In this document: positions 24,965-37,782 of the stretch, piece after piece
Numbering within the stretch: the stretch's first letter is position 1
How the letters are laid out: each line of letters begins with the position of its first letter
NCBI GenBank assembly: GCA_010356995.1
Contig: ML996691.1
Location: forward strand, 254,174 to 318,173
DNA: 64,000 nt
From: Trichodelitschia bisporula
Lineage: Eukaryota
Reading direction: 5' to 3'
Translations under genes and position numbers: made by a program
The notes under the pieces: generated by a model
What the model was told of the DNA's origin: nothing
What the model saw: only the letters and a program-made list of their open reading frames with translations
Database searches by the model: none

Positions 24965-27900
24965 ATGGAGGCGTTGCAGTACCAAATCAACCACATCTTC
25001 TTGCCACCGAGGCTTCCTCAGCGAGCTGATGAGGATTCGGGTGAGGAGCATGAACTGGCTAAAACCGTTCGGGACGCCCTGCGGCGTTTTAACGACGAAT
25101 TTGAACTCTCCGCGGAACAACGGCCAAGAGTTCAGCGATGCCTCGACATGCTCAGTGCATTTGTCGAAACTTCTGCTGGATCAGGGCATATGGATGAGGG
25201 CATCCTCGAGAGGAAGCTTCTGGATCTGACCGATCATGGTTGGCATCACCCTCCAAGATCGATGAGCTATCACTAAAACACCTCACAGGTTCCCTTGTCC
25301 TTCACATCAAACACCAGAATGCAGGTCTTCTCCTGACTCGCATCGATAATGAACTCTTATTTGAAAGCTTCGAGCTTCTTGCTCAAAACAAAGATGTCAT
25401 GGCTTGCTTGGGGAGACTTCGTCGTCACTTCCCTGGACCTGCAGTGGCAATAAGCTATGACCGGCTTTTCGATGCTCCCTTTCGCAAGCATCTTATCAAC
25501 GTCCTCGTCGAACTGGATCAGAGAACTGTCTCTCACATGGTCCCTATCGTCAGGAAAGCGGGCAAGGACGTCAGCGAAATTCGCGATACAACGAAACCCA
25601 CCCTGGTGACCGAAATGATCATGGGCCTTTTACGGGGTTTGGGCCGCGTTGCGACGGTTGATCGAATTATCAAACATTCCCGGGAGCAAGTTTTGTGGGA
25701 CAATGTCAAAGTACCTTGGCACAGGTCTGCTGTATGGTTGTTGATTCGAGTTGCCCTGCAACTCTCTCTTGACCGTCACAGACTCGACTTGGTGGAGCAG
25801 AGCACATTGTACAAGGATTTTATCCTAGTCCTGCTTGCCTGCGTCTTGGAGAAGGCTTTCTTAAGCAAGAACCGTCCTCATGATGAAACCCTTTTTGTCA
25901 TGACAGAGAAGATATCCCGTCGTCTTACCAAACGGGAAAAGGCTGAAGGTGCCCCCGGGTTCAGTTTTGTGGCCAGCACGATGGACCGTGTTCAGTCTTT
26001 GCTCCACGGCCGATGGGACGAACAACAAAAGAAGGGTGCTTGCAACTTCGACCTGGCTAGTTCTACAGTCCAAGCCCTGGACTTTAGCGCGGACGCTCTG
26101 CTGTCAACAAACGACATGAAGCTCGGAAAGTACTTGGAGAAAATTACCTCCTGTGGCAAGTCATCGAACAGCAGTACTAGCGGAGATCGAGGCTTCCCGT
26201 TCCAGTCGAACGTCAGCGACCCAAATACCCTACCCTCTTGCAACTTCGGCGGTTCCGGTGAAGTTGTCCTGTTCCAACTGGCCGACTTCGAAGAGTGGGT
26301 TCGGCAGCATCTTGACGACTGGCTCTCAGGCAGACTGAACGACACAGCCACGTGTGAGCAGCTTGCGGACTGCATTTTCTCCTATCGGACGGCTGCTTCT
26401 CAGGCATACACTGGAAACCCCGAGTCATTGTCCATCATGTTTCTCACGATGATGTCACTTTGGGTTGCGTGCGACAAATCTGCCATCAGTATCCATCCCC
26501 TCATGCTTAATTATGGTACAGGCTTCCCCCAAGAGGCCTTCAACTCGCTTGTGCTTCCCAAAAAGTGCCAACTGAGGCAGTTGGGTTACGTTGAAGACCA
26601 TCTCTCCCGGCGCACGTCGCGCAAGTCGCGCAAGTCGCCACCATGGGTGATGCGGGACGGTGGCAGCATTGATAAGAGGGCCTTTCCAGTCGCTCACTTT
26701 GATGCTTTTCCTTTCTACCAGGGTCTTCGAACTAGGATCATGTGTGCTGCAGAGCGCGAGAAGCAAGCGAAAATCAAACAATTTTGGCGTGAGAAGCGCA
26801 AGCATTCCGATCTCCTTCAAGATTACAGCGCGGCCGATCACGAGTATTACTACGATCCGTGGGGGGACGAACGTGATTCCGGCAACTGCCGGAAGTGCTC
26901 TCTGAAAAAGTCGACTGATGAAATGCACATTGATGTGTTCGAACACCCGCTCCCAATGTGTCCAATCGAGGCAAAGGTCGTCATCTTTGAGCTTTGCCCT
27001 CCGCCCGCCTTCGTTGCATGGAGACATGTCACGCTTTCACTATTGTTTGAAAATTTCACTCTTGAGCAAACACCTTCAGATGATAAGTTGTACGGCATCG
27101 AGTATTTTCCACTTCTCGCAAAATTCCGTGCCGAGCATTGTACCTCAAAACTGGACACGACGTTCATCATCAAGTCACAGACCAAACCCTTCAAAATTTC
27201 CCATTACGCAAATATAGCTGTCAGTGAGGCAACGGAGCTCAACATTTGTGTCAATCACGGATGCCGCTATGACTTTTACGATACCGATTCGGGAACGGTC
27301 GTCCCGCAGTCATTTTCAGATCAATTTTGTTTGAGACCCATGTGCTCGTACGCACCCGACGCCGTCCCAGCCGCTCTGCGAAAATGGATCGAGGGCACTG
27401 GCCACAGTATGAATGACGTTGTTGCTGGGCAGTGTGACTGTCCAGATGCGATGTCATTGCGCGAATTTAAGGACTTCGGCCAGCTGCGTGCAGGTCTTCT
27501 GCTTCAGTGGCAGAACATTGCTGCCCAGCTCATGATCCCAGTCTTGAATATCAACAAGCAGGAGTCTGCATTCTTGTTTCTGCAAGCTGCAAACGAGGCA
27601 GGTCCAAGGAAGGTCGGAAGAAAAGGGAGCTCATATTTGCGGGATTCTCCCAAGTTACTGAACGAAGAACGCTTCGCCCAGGTTCTGCGCGAAGGCTTGA
27701 GCAAATCTCTGGCCAGGATCGAAGAGAACTGGGAAAACGACGTCGCCCTCTACCTTCTGCTCGGCATCACAACGAAATTGATTTCCTGTGGTCCAGCCGG
27801 TATTCAAGGGGATTGCTTGACTCTGCTTGCTCGAATTCGGGACATGTCGACAGCTTGGACGCAGAAGCTCCTGGAAAAGATGGGAGAAGAGAAGTCAAAC

Positions 27901-30900
27901 GAAGAAGTACACGCCTTGGGCCGGCGCGCCCTTATGATGGCTCTGATATGTCATGGGACCTTTGACATAGGGCCTGACCATCTCGAAGCTGTACTGGAAG
28001 ACCCGAGGCAAGCGGCTCTACTTCTCAGGTCAGCTATCATCATCTCGGACTATTCTTCGGCCCAAACCCTTCAAACCAGTAACCCGATTTTGACTATCCT
28101 CATCCATCGCTTCCACCGGCTTTCATACCAGGTGGTGTGTGCACTCAGCTCGAGAATCCGAGACATTCCCGATTCCGGTCTCCACCGAGCCGTCAAGAGC
28201 CAGTGGGAGGACTTCCCTTCTGAGGTGCTCTGGTCGGCCGAAGAGCCGCCATATTCCCATGTCTTGCTGGCAACGTCATATCTGGGCGACAATCCCCGCC
28301 ATCTCCAGTTCAATTTGCTCACAGGCAGCCTGCTAATCAATGGATCACCACTTTGTACGCTGCCCAACGATTTCCAGGCCCATGAAACCTATCAGAGGAT
28401 TTTTCCACATCAAATCATGAGAGTCGGGCCTTCGGGTATGACCGGGATGATTTTTTCGGCTACTACCCTTCACAGTGGACACGAAGTCCACTTTGGGATG
28501 TCCGAAGGCGAATTGATCGTCCGATCGCGAAAAGGATCAAAGACATATGAACTGGTTCCACACCAATATCTCCGAGGCGACTTTCCTAAGCTTCTGGTTT
28601 CGGAATACGCTCATTGGTTCGTCGAAGGGGAAAACTTATTAGAGTTTCGACCGTTGGAAAGAGTCTGGATCACGTCAGATGCATGCGAGTGGGACAAATC
28701 CAAAGGTTGGCTCTTCACGTACAACCTTCAAGGAGAGGCACGACTTGTGAACGGGTTTGAGCGGCCCTGCCTCGGCGTCGGCAGCGATACCTCTCAGCTC
28801 ATCTCGAAGATTTTGCGGCCGTTGGAAGAGGGTGCATTCATTCATCTTATTTTGGACGAAGCAAAGGGGAGTCTCAACATTGACCTTCCCCGGTTTCGGA
28901 TCTCCTTCGTGCTGGACTCTAAGAAAGACACAATCATGTCAACGAACTATCGGGGATACGCCATCGACCCGAACCAGGATGTTGGAACAGTCAACGGGCT
29001 TTCCAATAAGCTGATACTTTATGAAGCGTCAACTTCCAGTAGGCGGCCGTCAAGGGCAGTCTTGGTACCAGATGGATCCATCAAGTTTACCAAAGGGACT
29101 GTCGGGGATACTGCCACGATTGATTATGGCGATGAGCGACGTATTCAGCATCATTTTTTCCAGGTTGACACTCTTCTTGGTCAACTAAAGAGCGGTGGCG
29201 CCTTGCTGAGCAAGCTTTTCCTGATTCATCTGCATGCTGTCACATCCCACTGCCTCCCAGACAGGTTGACTCGCCGTACTGGCACGCAGGAAGCGCTCCG
29301 CTTATTAGACTCAGCGGCCATACGCTCCTTCCAGAGACTGCGAGAGGATGAAATCAAACTCCTCAACGAGATTGCAAAAATCAGCCCGCGTCGACGGTTT
29401 TACCCTAAAAATCTCCAGGACATGCAACGAACTCACTGGTCGAATCTTTCCTCCTTATCTCAGGACGATGCATTTGCGCGATTGGTTGGAAGTATCCTTA
29501 ACCACGCCAAAACCTGTGAGATGTTCTTCCCGGAGGACGAGCGGAAGAAGATTGATATTGAACATGAGTCGATTGAAGCACTGGTTGATCGCGAAATTAT
29601 CAGGATAGCAGGCTTCCGGGCACCTCAGTTCGGTGCGGAGCAATTCAGCACGAACAAAGATGAAGTCTATAATAGTCGGGAGCTCACATCATCTGACGAA
29701 GAGTTGCGGGTATATAGGTTGAGTCATTTTCTGGATGCTCAACAGTCCGCTGCGCTCCTGGAGACTCCTTCTCTGAACATCCGTCAAGTTCTTGTCGGCC
29801 TCTTCGGAAAATGTTCAGTTGTAGGACCATTGTCCAACTCAAGCATCCCCGAACTTGTCTTTGGCGTTGACTGGCTCGTGGCATCGCAAAGAAATGAGAG
29901 GCTTAGCAAATTCTGGTGCTTGATCCAAACAACGCTCTCCAACACCGATCCTTGGACGGACAGGTACAAGTTCATGACATTTTTTGCGGGGTTGATATTC
30001 TCGGAGAACGCCGATTTCCAGGTCATCCAGTTTCTCCTCGCCTTCTTACTCTTTCCAGATATGCACGTCTTTCGACCCCCGGCCAGTCGCTTGTTTTCCC
30101 TTCAGGAAGGTGACAAACCCGTAAAGTGGAAGATCGTCGATGTTATAAAGAAGCACAAACTCCCCTTTGAAGGTTCAGACAGCTCCGAGGCACATCTCAA
30201 CTCTTTACCCCATGAATCGTACCAGGCACTTCAGCGAAGGAGGAGACGAGTCTACAATGACAAGGTTGACGAAGTCTCTGGAGAGTTTGCTGACCACCTG
30301 ATCAGTCAGTGGCCGTGTCCTTCTCCCGATTCGCCTCCAAGTCAGTGGAATGGATACCTGAATGTTGGAGATTGCATGAATGACATTCGCCCACTATTCA
30401 TTGCATGGCATGACAACAGGGGGTTTTACGCCTACCTGAAGAGAGCAGTCAGGGTGCTCCTAGACTTGCCGGTTTTCGACGGCAACAGGATTAACTACGT
30501 TATGTCCTTCGAGCCGACATTTCACACGCCGGCGAGGCGATATATTGGCGTTGCCGATATCTTTTCTCAGGATGCCCCGGACGTAAAGGATGTCAAAGAG
30601 AACAGGTTCCATGACCTCTGGGACAGCAAGAACACTGTCGAAATCCAGCCTTCTATGTTGGCCCTCCTGGGAAAGCTCGAGCTCCTCAGCCAAGTTGAGC
30701 ATGAGCGAGACTACACGAAGGAGCTGAAAGAGAGTCTACGGGAGCTGCAAACCAGTTTCAGTGACCCAGTTCTGACCAGTGAAGACGAAAGACCCGCATT
30801 CGGTACTATGGAGGAGATGTTTGTCCAGTATCGCCACAGCTGCCTGACAGAAGTGAACCGGATCGACAGCACTTTACGCCGCGTTTTGACTCGAGGACCG

Positions 30901-33900
30901 CTCGACCTGTGTCCGGGAATCGCAGCATGCTCAACAGTGTGGCCAATGGTAACCCCTATTTTGCTGCTGGAGCAACTTTCCAGGTCCAGATGGCACAAGC
31001 TCAGCGAAGGGTGGAAGCGCTGCATTGTCAACTATGCCCTCGCCATCACCCACTTCCAGCGAGCTGAGCGATTGCTCAAAGCTTGCGGCAACGTCAACGA
31101 GTTGATTAAGGAGATTGTCAATGTTGGGCACATGAACTGGGAGCCTATTGAATTCCCGGAATACCTGATCCTGGAAGTCGAAAACGCAATCACCATCCGC
31201 GCCGTGCAGGAGGATATTGCATTGCAGATGCGGAGACCTGATACCAGCAACGCTGTGATGCAACTCAACATGGGCCAGGGCAAGTCGACGGTGATTGTGC
31301 CTATGGTTGCTGCAGCTCTTGCAGACGATGGGAAGCTCGTCAGAATCATCGTTGCAAAACCACAGTCGAAGCAAATGCTTCACATGCTGATTAGCAAGTT
31401 GGGCGGCTTGATGAACCGGCGCGTGTACCATTTACCATTCTCTCGGTCTCTCAAGCTCCGGAAGAGTGATGCAGAACGAATCCGCAAGCTTTGTGAGGAG
31501 TGCAAAAGCGAAGGTGGCGTTCTACTCGTGCAGCCCGAGCACATCCTTTCGTTCAGGTTGATGGCCTTGGAATCCACCATTGCCGGAAGGCGAGAGTTAG
31601 GAGAAATGCTTTTGCAAACGCAGCACTTCTTTGACACCGATTCAAGAGATATCGTGGACGAGAGCGACGAAAATTTCAGTGTCAAGTTCGAGCTCATCTA
31701 CACCATGGGCACTCAAACAGCCATTGGCTTCAGCCCCAATCGCTGGGTGCTGATCCAAAGGGTACTCGACGTGATGTTGAAAGTCGCTCCCGCCGTGGAT
31801 GAACAATATCCGGACTCCATAGAGTTCGGCCAGCCACAGGTCGGAGGCTTTCCACGAACACGGCTTCTCAAATATGATGCCGGCCCGGCCCTCATGGATG
31901 CAATATCTCATACGATATGCGAAAAGGGAATGCAAGGCTTTTCCGTTGTCTGCCACAGGGAGCCAGGTTTTCGCCAGGCCATCAAGGAGTATATTTCAAA
32001 GCATGCTCCCTCCCCCGAGACACTTGCGATGGTTGAAGATCCCACTCACGGCTTCTATAACGAAAGCTCGAGCCAAACCTTGCTCCTCCTCAGAGGCTTG
32101 ATCGCATGCGGAGTATTGACCTTTGCTTTTCAGCAGAAGAGGTGGAGGGTCAATTATGGCCTCGATGGCAGTCGCAAACCCGCGACCCGGCTAGCCGTTC
32201 CATACCGCGCAAAAGACTCTCCAGCACCCAGGGCTGAGTTCAGTCATCCCGATGTGGTCATCGTGTTGACTTGTTTGAGTTACTACTATGGGGGGTTACA
32301 AGACGAAGAGCTGTTCACCGCATTTGAGTACCTGTTGATATCGGACCAAGCAGATGATGAATATGGCCTCTGGGTAAAGGCAGCTGGAGATCTCCCAGCC
32401 AACTTTTGCCATCTAACTGGAATCAATCTCAAGGACCGCACCCAATGCGTGGACAAAATATTCCCCTCACTGCGATTTGTCAAGCCCGTAATTGACTTTT
32501 ACTTGTCAAACATGGTGTTCTCCAAGGAGATGAGGGAGTTCCCTCACAAGCTCTCTGCATCGGGTTGGGATATTGCAGCAGTCAAGACACACCCTACAAC
32601 GGCATTCAGCGGCACCAACGACTCAAAATACCACCTGCCTCTCACAATATCGCACCTTGATCTTCAAGACCAAAAGCACACGAATGCGTTGGTCCTGAAC
32701 CATTTACACCAACCAGAGAATTCAGTCAAGGAACTCCATCCCTGCGCCTACTCGGATACGTCCAAATCCGTGGCCAACGTACTTCTGCACACCGTGGTCG
32801 AATCAAACCCTGAAATTCAGGTCATTCTTGATGTCGGAGCTCAGATTCTGGAACTTGGAAACGAAGATGTCGCGCGGACCTGGCTCAGCATGGTCTCGCC
32901 GGATAAGGCTGACGCTGCCATATTCTTCAATGACAACGACGAGATGTGCGCTCTGAGCCGGAACGGAATGTCCGAGTCATTTTTCAGCTCGCCGTACTCG
33001 AGGCATATCACATCGTGCCTCATCTTCCTGGACCAGGCTCACACCCGCGGGACCGACCTTCGACTACCGGACCACTACCGGGCCGCCGTGACTTTGGGGC
33101 CAAATCTCCCGAAAGACCAACTGGTTCAAGCATGCATGCGAATGAGGAAGCTTGGGCACGGTCAGTCTGTCGTATTCCTTGTATCTCCGGAGATAAGAGC
33201 CAAAATTCTCAAAGTGGGGGAGCTCCCGCCGGACCATGCGATCCAGGTGGTAGATGTGATGCTCTGGGCGGTTAGCGAGACATGGCAAGAGTGCCACAAG
33301 AATATGCCACTTTGGGCTACCCAAGGTATCCGGTATCAGAAGCAAGATGTTGGGTGGTCCCGTCTCAGCGATCCGGACTTAGACAAGGCCGAGGAAATCG
33401 AGGCATACTTCCTCGAGCCGGAGTGCCAGACTCTGGACGAACGGTACCGGCCATCTAGCGAAAAGCGGCAAGGCCTTCTCCACGACGAGTTGTGCGATGA
33501 GAGCCTAGGCGCGAAAAGGGTCGAGTTGGAGAGCATTTTGAAGAGATGTGAGGATTTTGGCGTTACTTCTTTCCAGTCCGCGACGTTGCAGGAAGAGCAG
33601 GAGCGTGAGCTCTCTCCTGAGAAAGAGATGGAACGGCAGATTGAGAAGCCAATGCGTCTTGAGCCATCTGTTCCGAGCCTACATCCGGATGTCATCGAGT
33701 TTGTTCGAACTGGCATACTGAATAGGGTTGGCTTTGGATTCGTCAATGCCTTTACCAGTGAAGCGTTCGCTCACGCAAGCTTTGAGTCACTACCCGCCAT
33801 CGAGCAGTTTCCGCCCAACTTGAAAGTCACTCGCGACTTTCTCACAACTGTGAATCCTCCGGCGGTGTCCTTCATTTCGGACCAGTACCAAAAGCCCGTG

Positions 33901-34485
33901 CAATGGATTCTCACCAGCTGTCAGCGTGATCGCTGGGGCATTGATGAGGTGGAAAATGTGGTCATCATCAGTTCCTGGGAGGCCAACGAGCTGATACCAG
34001 ACATCAAGACCTACGGAAAGGTGCATATTCATATGTACACCCCGCGTCCGAGTCTCGCCTTTCAATCCCTCGAGGATTTAACGCTCTATGCCATCCCCGC
34101 TCTACCACTGACCTGGTATCTTCCGCGCTACTTTGTGGTACTTCTCAACCTCTTCGCCGGGCAGTGTTACCTGAGGTCATATCTGGAGTACGTTAAGCTG
34201 TGCAAGTTTTTGGGGCTGATGCATCAACCACCTGATGATAGTATCACGATGAATGTGGGCGCCGATGGGTTCGCCGGGCAGACTGCAGAGAACCCACGGT
34301 GTGTGTTCACGGAAAGCCCTGTGCCGTTTTTGAAGAAGCTTCTGTTGATGAGAAGGGATTATCAGGGGATGGAGAGGACGGATTTGGGAAGAATTTTGGA
34401 GGGGGATTTGCTGCGGCCCGAAGATTTTGAGGGAAGGGATGGGGCTGACTGGACGGCTGGCTTAACGTTGCGTTCTCGGGTTTGA
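24965..34485 (+). CDS. Giant P-loop ATPase of the fungal DUF6606-DUF3638-DUF3645 type, 3156 aa (a family often auto-annotated 'ubiquitinyl hydrolase 1')
   Basis: Exon 1 is 24965-25238 (NHIFLPPRLPQ), then intron GTTGGC..CTAAA..CAG, then exon 2 at 25289-34485 with no stop. Family motifs HIKHQNAGLLL, PWHRSAVWLLIRVALQ, TSHCLPDRLTRRTGTQEAL, QLNMGQGKST, DIVDESDENF, LAVPYRAKDSPAPRAEFSHPDV, LDQAHTRGTDL and QACMRMRKLG. Confidence 0.9.
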
Positions 34486-34557
34486 TGAAGTTTTTGCTCC
34501 ATAGACGAATTGTACGAGGGCCCGGCGGGTGGGAGTTGGAATGGAACGGTAAGTTAC

Positions 34558-34639
34558 TCATGGTATTTGGTCATGATGTTTTGGTCATGAGGTTCTGGTC
34601 ATGGTGTTTTGGTCATGGTGTTTGGTCGTGGTGTTTTGG
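34558..34639. repeat. Minisatellite, 6 imperfect copies of a 13-14 bp unit (TCATGGTGTTTTGG)
   Basis: Read directly: tcatggtatttgg tcatgatgttttgg tcatgaggttctgg tcatggtgttttgg tcatggtgtttgg tcgtggtgttttgg. Confidence 0.9.
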
Positions 34640-34925
34640 GGTTATTGTTTAGAAATGCTTGTTCAATCCACTGCTAGAAGGCATCATGTGTTCGAGAGAG
34701 TAATCACAAATAAGAATCTGCGTTCGGATTCAATCCCGCAAAGAACCAACTGCTATCGTGAGCTGCATGTTCTTCGAGACGAGAAGACCATGTCACAACC
34801 GCAAACCCGCTGGCCTAGACAAGGGGCAACAAGCCTCAAGCACAACACACCAACAGACACAGGAGCCGTAAATGAGATGCATTAACCGCCGTCTAAGATA
34901 CGATGCCACTATCCCATGCCCAAGC

Positions 34926-36247
34926 CTACTCAAGTAACGACGCCTGGTTGGTGTACAGCACATCGACAACATTACTCAGCTTCTCAATCGTCTCCAGCGC
35001 AGCATCATACCCGCGGTCCCGCTCCGCCTCATCATACACAATCAGACACCCAGCACCCTGGTCCAGTACGCCAATGATCACCTTATCCAGAATCATCTGG
35101 CTCAGCTTGCGCTCCACCTGCTGCGTATCCAGTCCAACCATCTTGGCAATGTGTGCAATCTCCACGCGGCTGAAGGGCTCGATCACCTTGATCAGATTCT
35201 GTTCCAGCATGGCGTCGTACAGCCGCCGCAGGTGGTTGGCAATGAAGCGATCGCTCCCGAGCTCGTAGCGGAAGTCGCCGAGCGCCTTTTCGTACTCCTC
35301 CAGACTGCGGTTTGAGTGTGCGCGCGCGACTGCCTTGATCGCTTCCAGTCCCTTGCCCGCGTACCGCAGCGCGTGTTTGGAGCCCAGCAGGTTCGCCACG
35401 TCGTCGCCCAGGTTCAGCATCACTTTACACAGCAGCATGTACTGCAGCGCTGACGTGGCCTTGCTCACCTCGTCCAGAGAGTGGTATCCTTCCAGCGCCT
35501 CGATGAAGTACGAGAATGCCGTGCTGAAGTCTTGGTCCTCGGCGTGTAGCATTCCACTCTGCATGTCCAGCCCCGCCTGCAACATAGGGGGCGTGTAGAC
35601 AGAGGCGGCGGACGTGCGGGCAGATGTGAGCGCGGCGCGGCCTTTGGGAATGTTGCCGAGAGCATGGTAGACGCGGGATTCTAGGAGTTGCACTTCCACG
35701 AGCCGCATCTTGTCGTCCAGTCGCTTGAGCTCGGAGAGCAGCCCGTTGATCAGCGTCAGCGCATCGTAATATGACTGCTTGCCCATGTAAAGCACCACCA
35801 GGCGGGTCTCGAGCTCCTGCCGCAGGAAGCCACGGCGCTCCTTGATGGCCCATTCGATGCAGGATTTTGTGACGGCGATGTGGGTCTCTGTGGTGCCGGG
35901 GATGGTGTGGAAGAGGTCAAGCAGCTGGCGAACTGGCCGTGTAAGTGACGCACTCTACACCCTTCCAGAAGTAATAGCCTACCTAGCTTCGCCGTCTTTG
36001 CTTTCGCAAATGTTGACAGCGCAGTGCGCGACTGGCGTATCAAATCGGCGAGGTCATCGACGCGCTTCTGGTCGCGGAACAGCTCGCCGAGTCCACCAAG
36101 CGCAGCCTCAAAGACCTTCATCGCAGCATCGCTCTGACCTGGCGAAGCGGTCAAGACATCTTTGTAGATGGCTTCCGCCTTCGCGGGCTCCTTCTTCGCC
36201 AGCTTCTGGGCCTGTTCTATCCGCTGTGCATCCTCGGGAACGGCCAT
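34926..36247 (-). CDS. RPN6: 26S proteasome lid subunit Rpn6 (PCI domain), 423 aa
   Basis: Exons 36247-35983 and 35932-34926. Motifs FAKAKTAKLVRQLLD, ELKRLDDK, LVEVQLLESRVYHAL, LDMQSG and NLIKVIEPFSRVEIAHIAKMVGLDTQQVERKLSQMILDK. Confidence 0.97.
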
Positions 36248-36576
36248 GTTTGTGTGAAAGAAAGAAAGGAGACAGACGCTGTTCGTGTACAAGATAGTAG
36301 GGCGTCGATGTCGTGGGTCGCGAGATGGAAAAGTCGTGTGGTTGCTGATTCCGATACCGTGCTGCGTGAAGCTCCAGGTACCCCAGGGTGCCAAGGTGGA
36401 TGGGGCCAGAGCGCATAGCCGCGCGGGCGATGCGGGTGCGTCTAGCGCCACAAAGAGACTAGCGCGGCTCGGGAGCCGGGCCCTTGATTTTCCTCGCACA
36501 ACCAGTTCAATTTCCAACCGACGGCATCACCAAGCACTCGCACTCCCACAGTTTTCGCCAACCACACGCCGTCAAG

Positions 36577-37267
36577 ATGAAGTGTATGTTCAGCCGCTAT
36601 ATTGAAGTTGGGCGTGATTTTCTAATGGGCTTGCAGTCATGAAGGTTGGCCGCGTTGCCATTGTGACCCGGGGCCGTAAGTTTATCCTAATCTTCGCTGG
36701 ATGAAGCATCGCTAACAGGTTCATAGGCTTCGCCGGCAAGAAGGTGTGTTCCTCTCCTTAAAATCCCCCGATACAAGTCATGCCCTGCAACAAGTACTGG
36801 ATCAGTCGCAAGAGGAGGATGCTATGGATGCATAGGGAATGCAGATGCAAATCAGAACACCACTGACGGAACCAAGGTCGTGATCATTGAGCCAAAAGAG
36901 ACCGGCGTTAAGTCGCATCCCTTCCCGCACGCCCTGGTCGCTGGGTAAATTCACCTTGCCCCAATACAACAACTGGTCTAACGTCCGCAGTGTCGAGCGT
37001 TATCCTTCCAAGGTCACCCGCCGCATGGGAAAGGCCCGCGTCGCGAAGCGCTCCAAGGTCAAGCCCTTCATTAAGGTCGTCAACTACAACCACCTGATGC
37101 CGACGCGGTACACGGTTGAGCTGGAGGGCCTGAAGGGCGTCGTCAGCCACGACACCTTCAAGGAAGTGTCGCAGCGCGAGGACGCGAAGAAGAACATCAA
37201 GAAGGCATTGGAGGAGCGCTACACGTCGGGCAAGAACCGGTGGTTCTTCACACCTCTCCGCTTTTGA
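36577..37267 (+). CDS. RPL27: 60S ribosomal protein L27 (eL27), 135 aa
   Basis: Exons 36577-36583, 36637-36675, 36727-36743, 36877-36944 and 36991-37267 give [25 protein letters not shown]...[13 protein letters not shown]...[11 protein letters not shown]...[12 protein letters not shown]. Confidence 0.97.
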
Positions 37268-37540
37268 GCTACTCGCTCTGGTGGGGAAAGTGAGGGGAAC
37301 GGCACGGTGCTCATGGACTTCCGATTGCGATGGGGCGTCTTCACTTTTTCGTGGGTTCAGGCGAGGCATCCGGGTACTTTTTTTTTTCCGGCGAAGGGTC
37401 ATGGGTGTGTAGAACGCCTTAGTCCCTAGCACGAGGCGAATGAGCATCGGTCCGGAGATTGTTGTGTTCTTTGCTGTGCTGTGACCTGTGGAGATATTCT
37501 CACTATTATCGGCAGTACCAATGACCCGGTAGCCATCGAT

Positions 37541-37782
37541 GGCAACACAAGTGCGTCCAACTGCCAATGGCAACCATAGGACTCCCGGTATCAACTTGTG
37601 CTCCAACATCCGATTCTCGCCGCTTGAGCCTTGACCAGATCTATCTTACGCTCCAACATGGACGGCAACACAAGTGCGTCCAACTATCAATTGCAACCAT
37701 AGGACTCTCGCTATCAACTTGTGCTCGACTACCCGATTCTTGCCACTTGAGCCTTGACCAGCTGTATTTTACTGTCTGACAT
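37541..37782. repeat. Diverged tandem duplication, 123-bp unit, 2 copies
   Basis: Copies start at 37541 and 37664, both with ggcaacacaagtgcgtccaact...caaccataggact...tatcaacttgtgctc...cttgagccttgaccag. Confidence 0.9.

Noticed and set aside
20900..34640. Starship or other bounded mobile element carrying the HET/ATPase island
   Set aside because: No tyrosine-recombinase captain, transposase, terminal repeats or target-site duplication could be identified.
36744..36876. Intronic snoRNA in the longest RPL27 intron
   Set aside because: No RUGAUGA box C was found, and the only CTGA is the branch site. No clear H/ACA structure.
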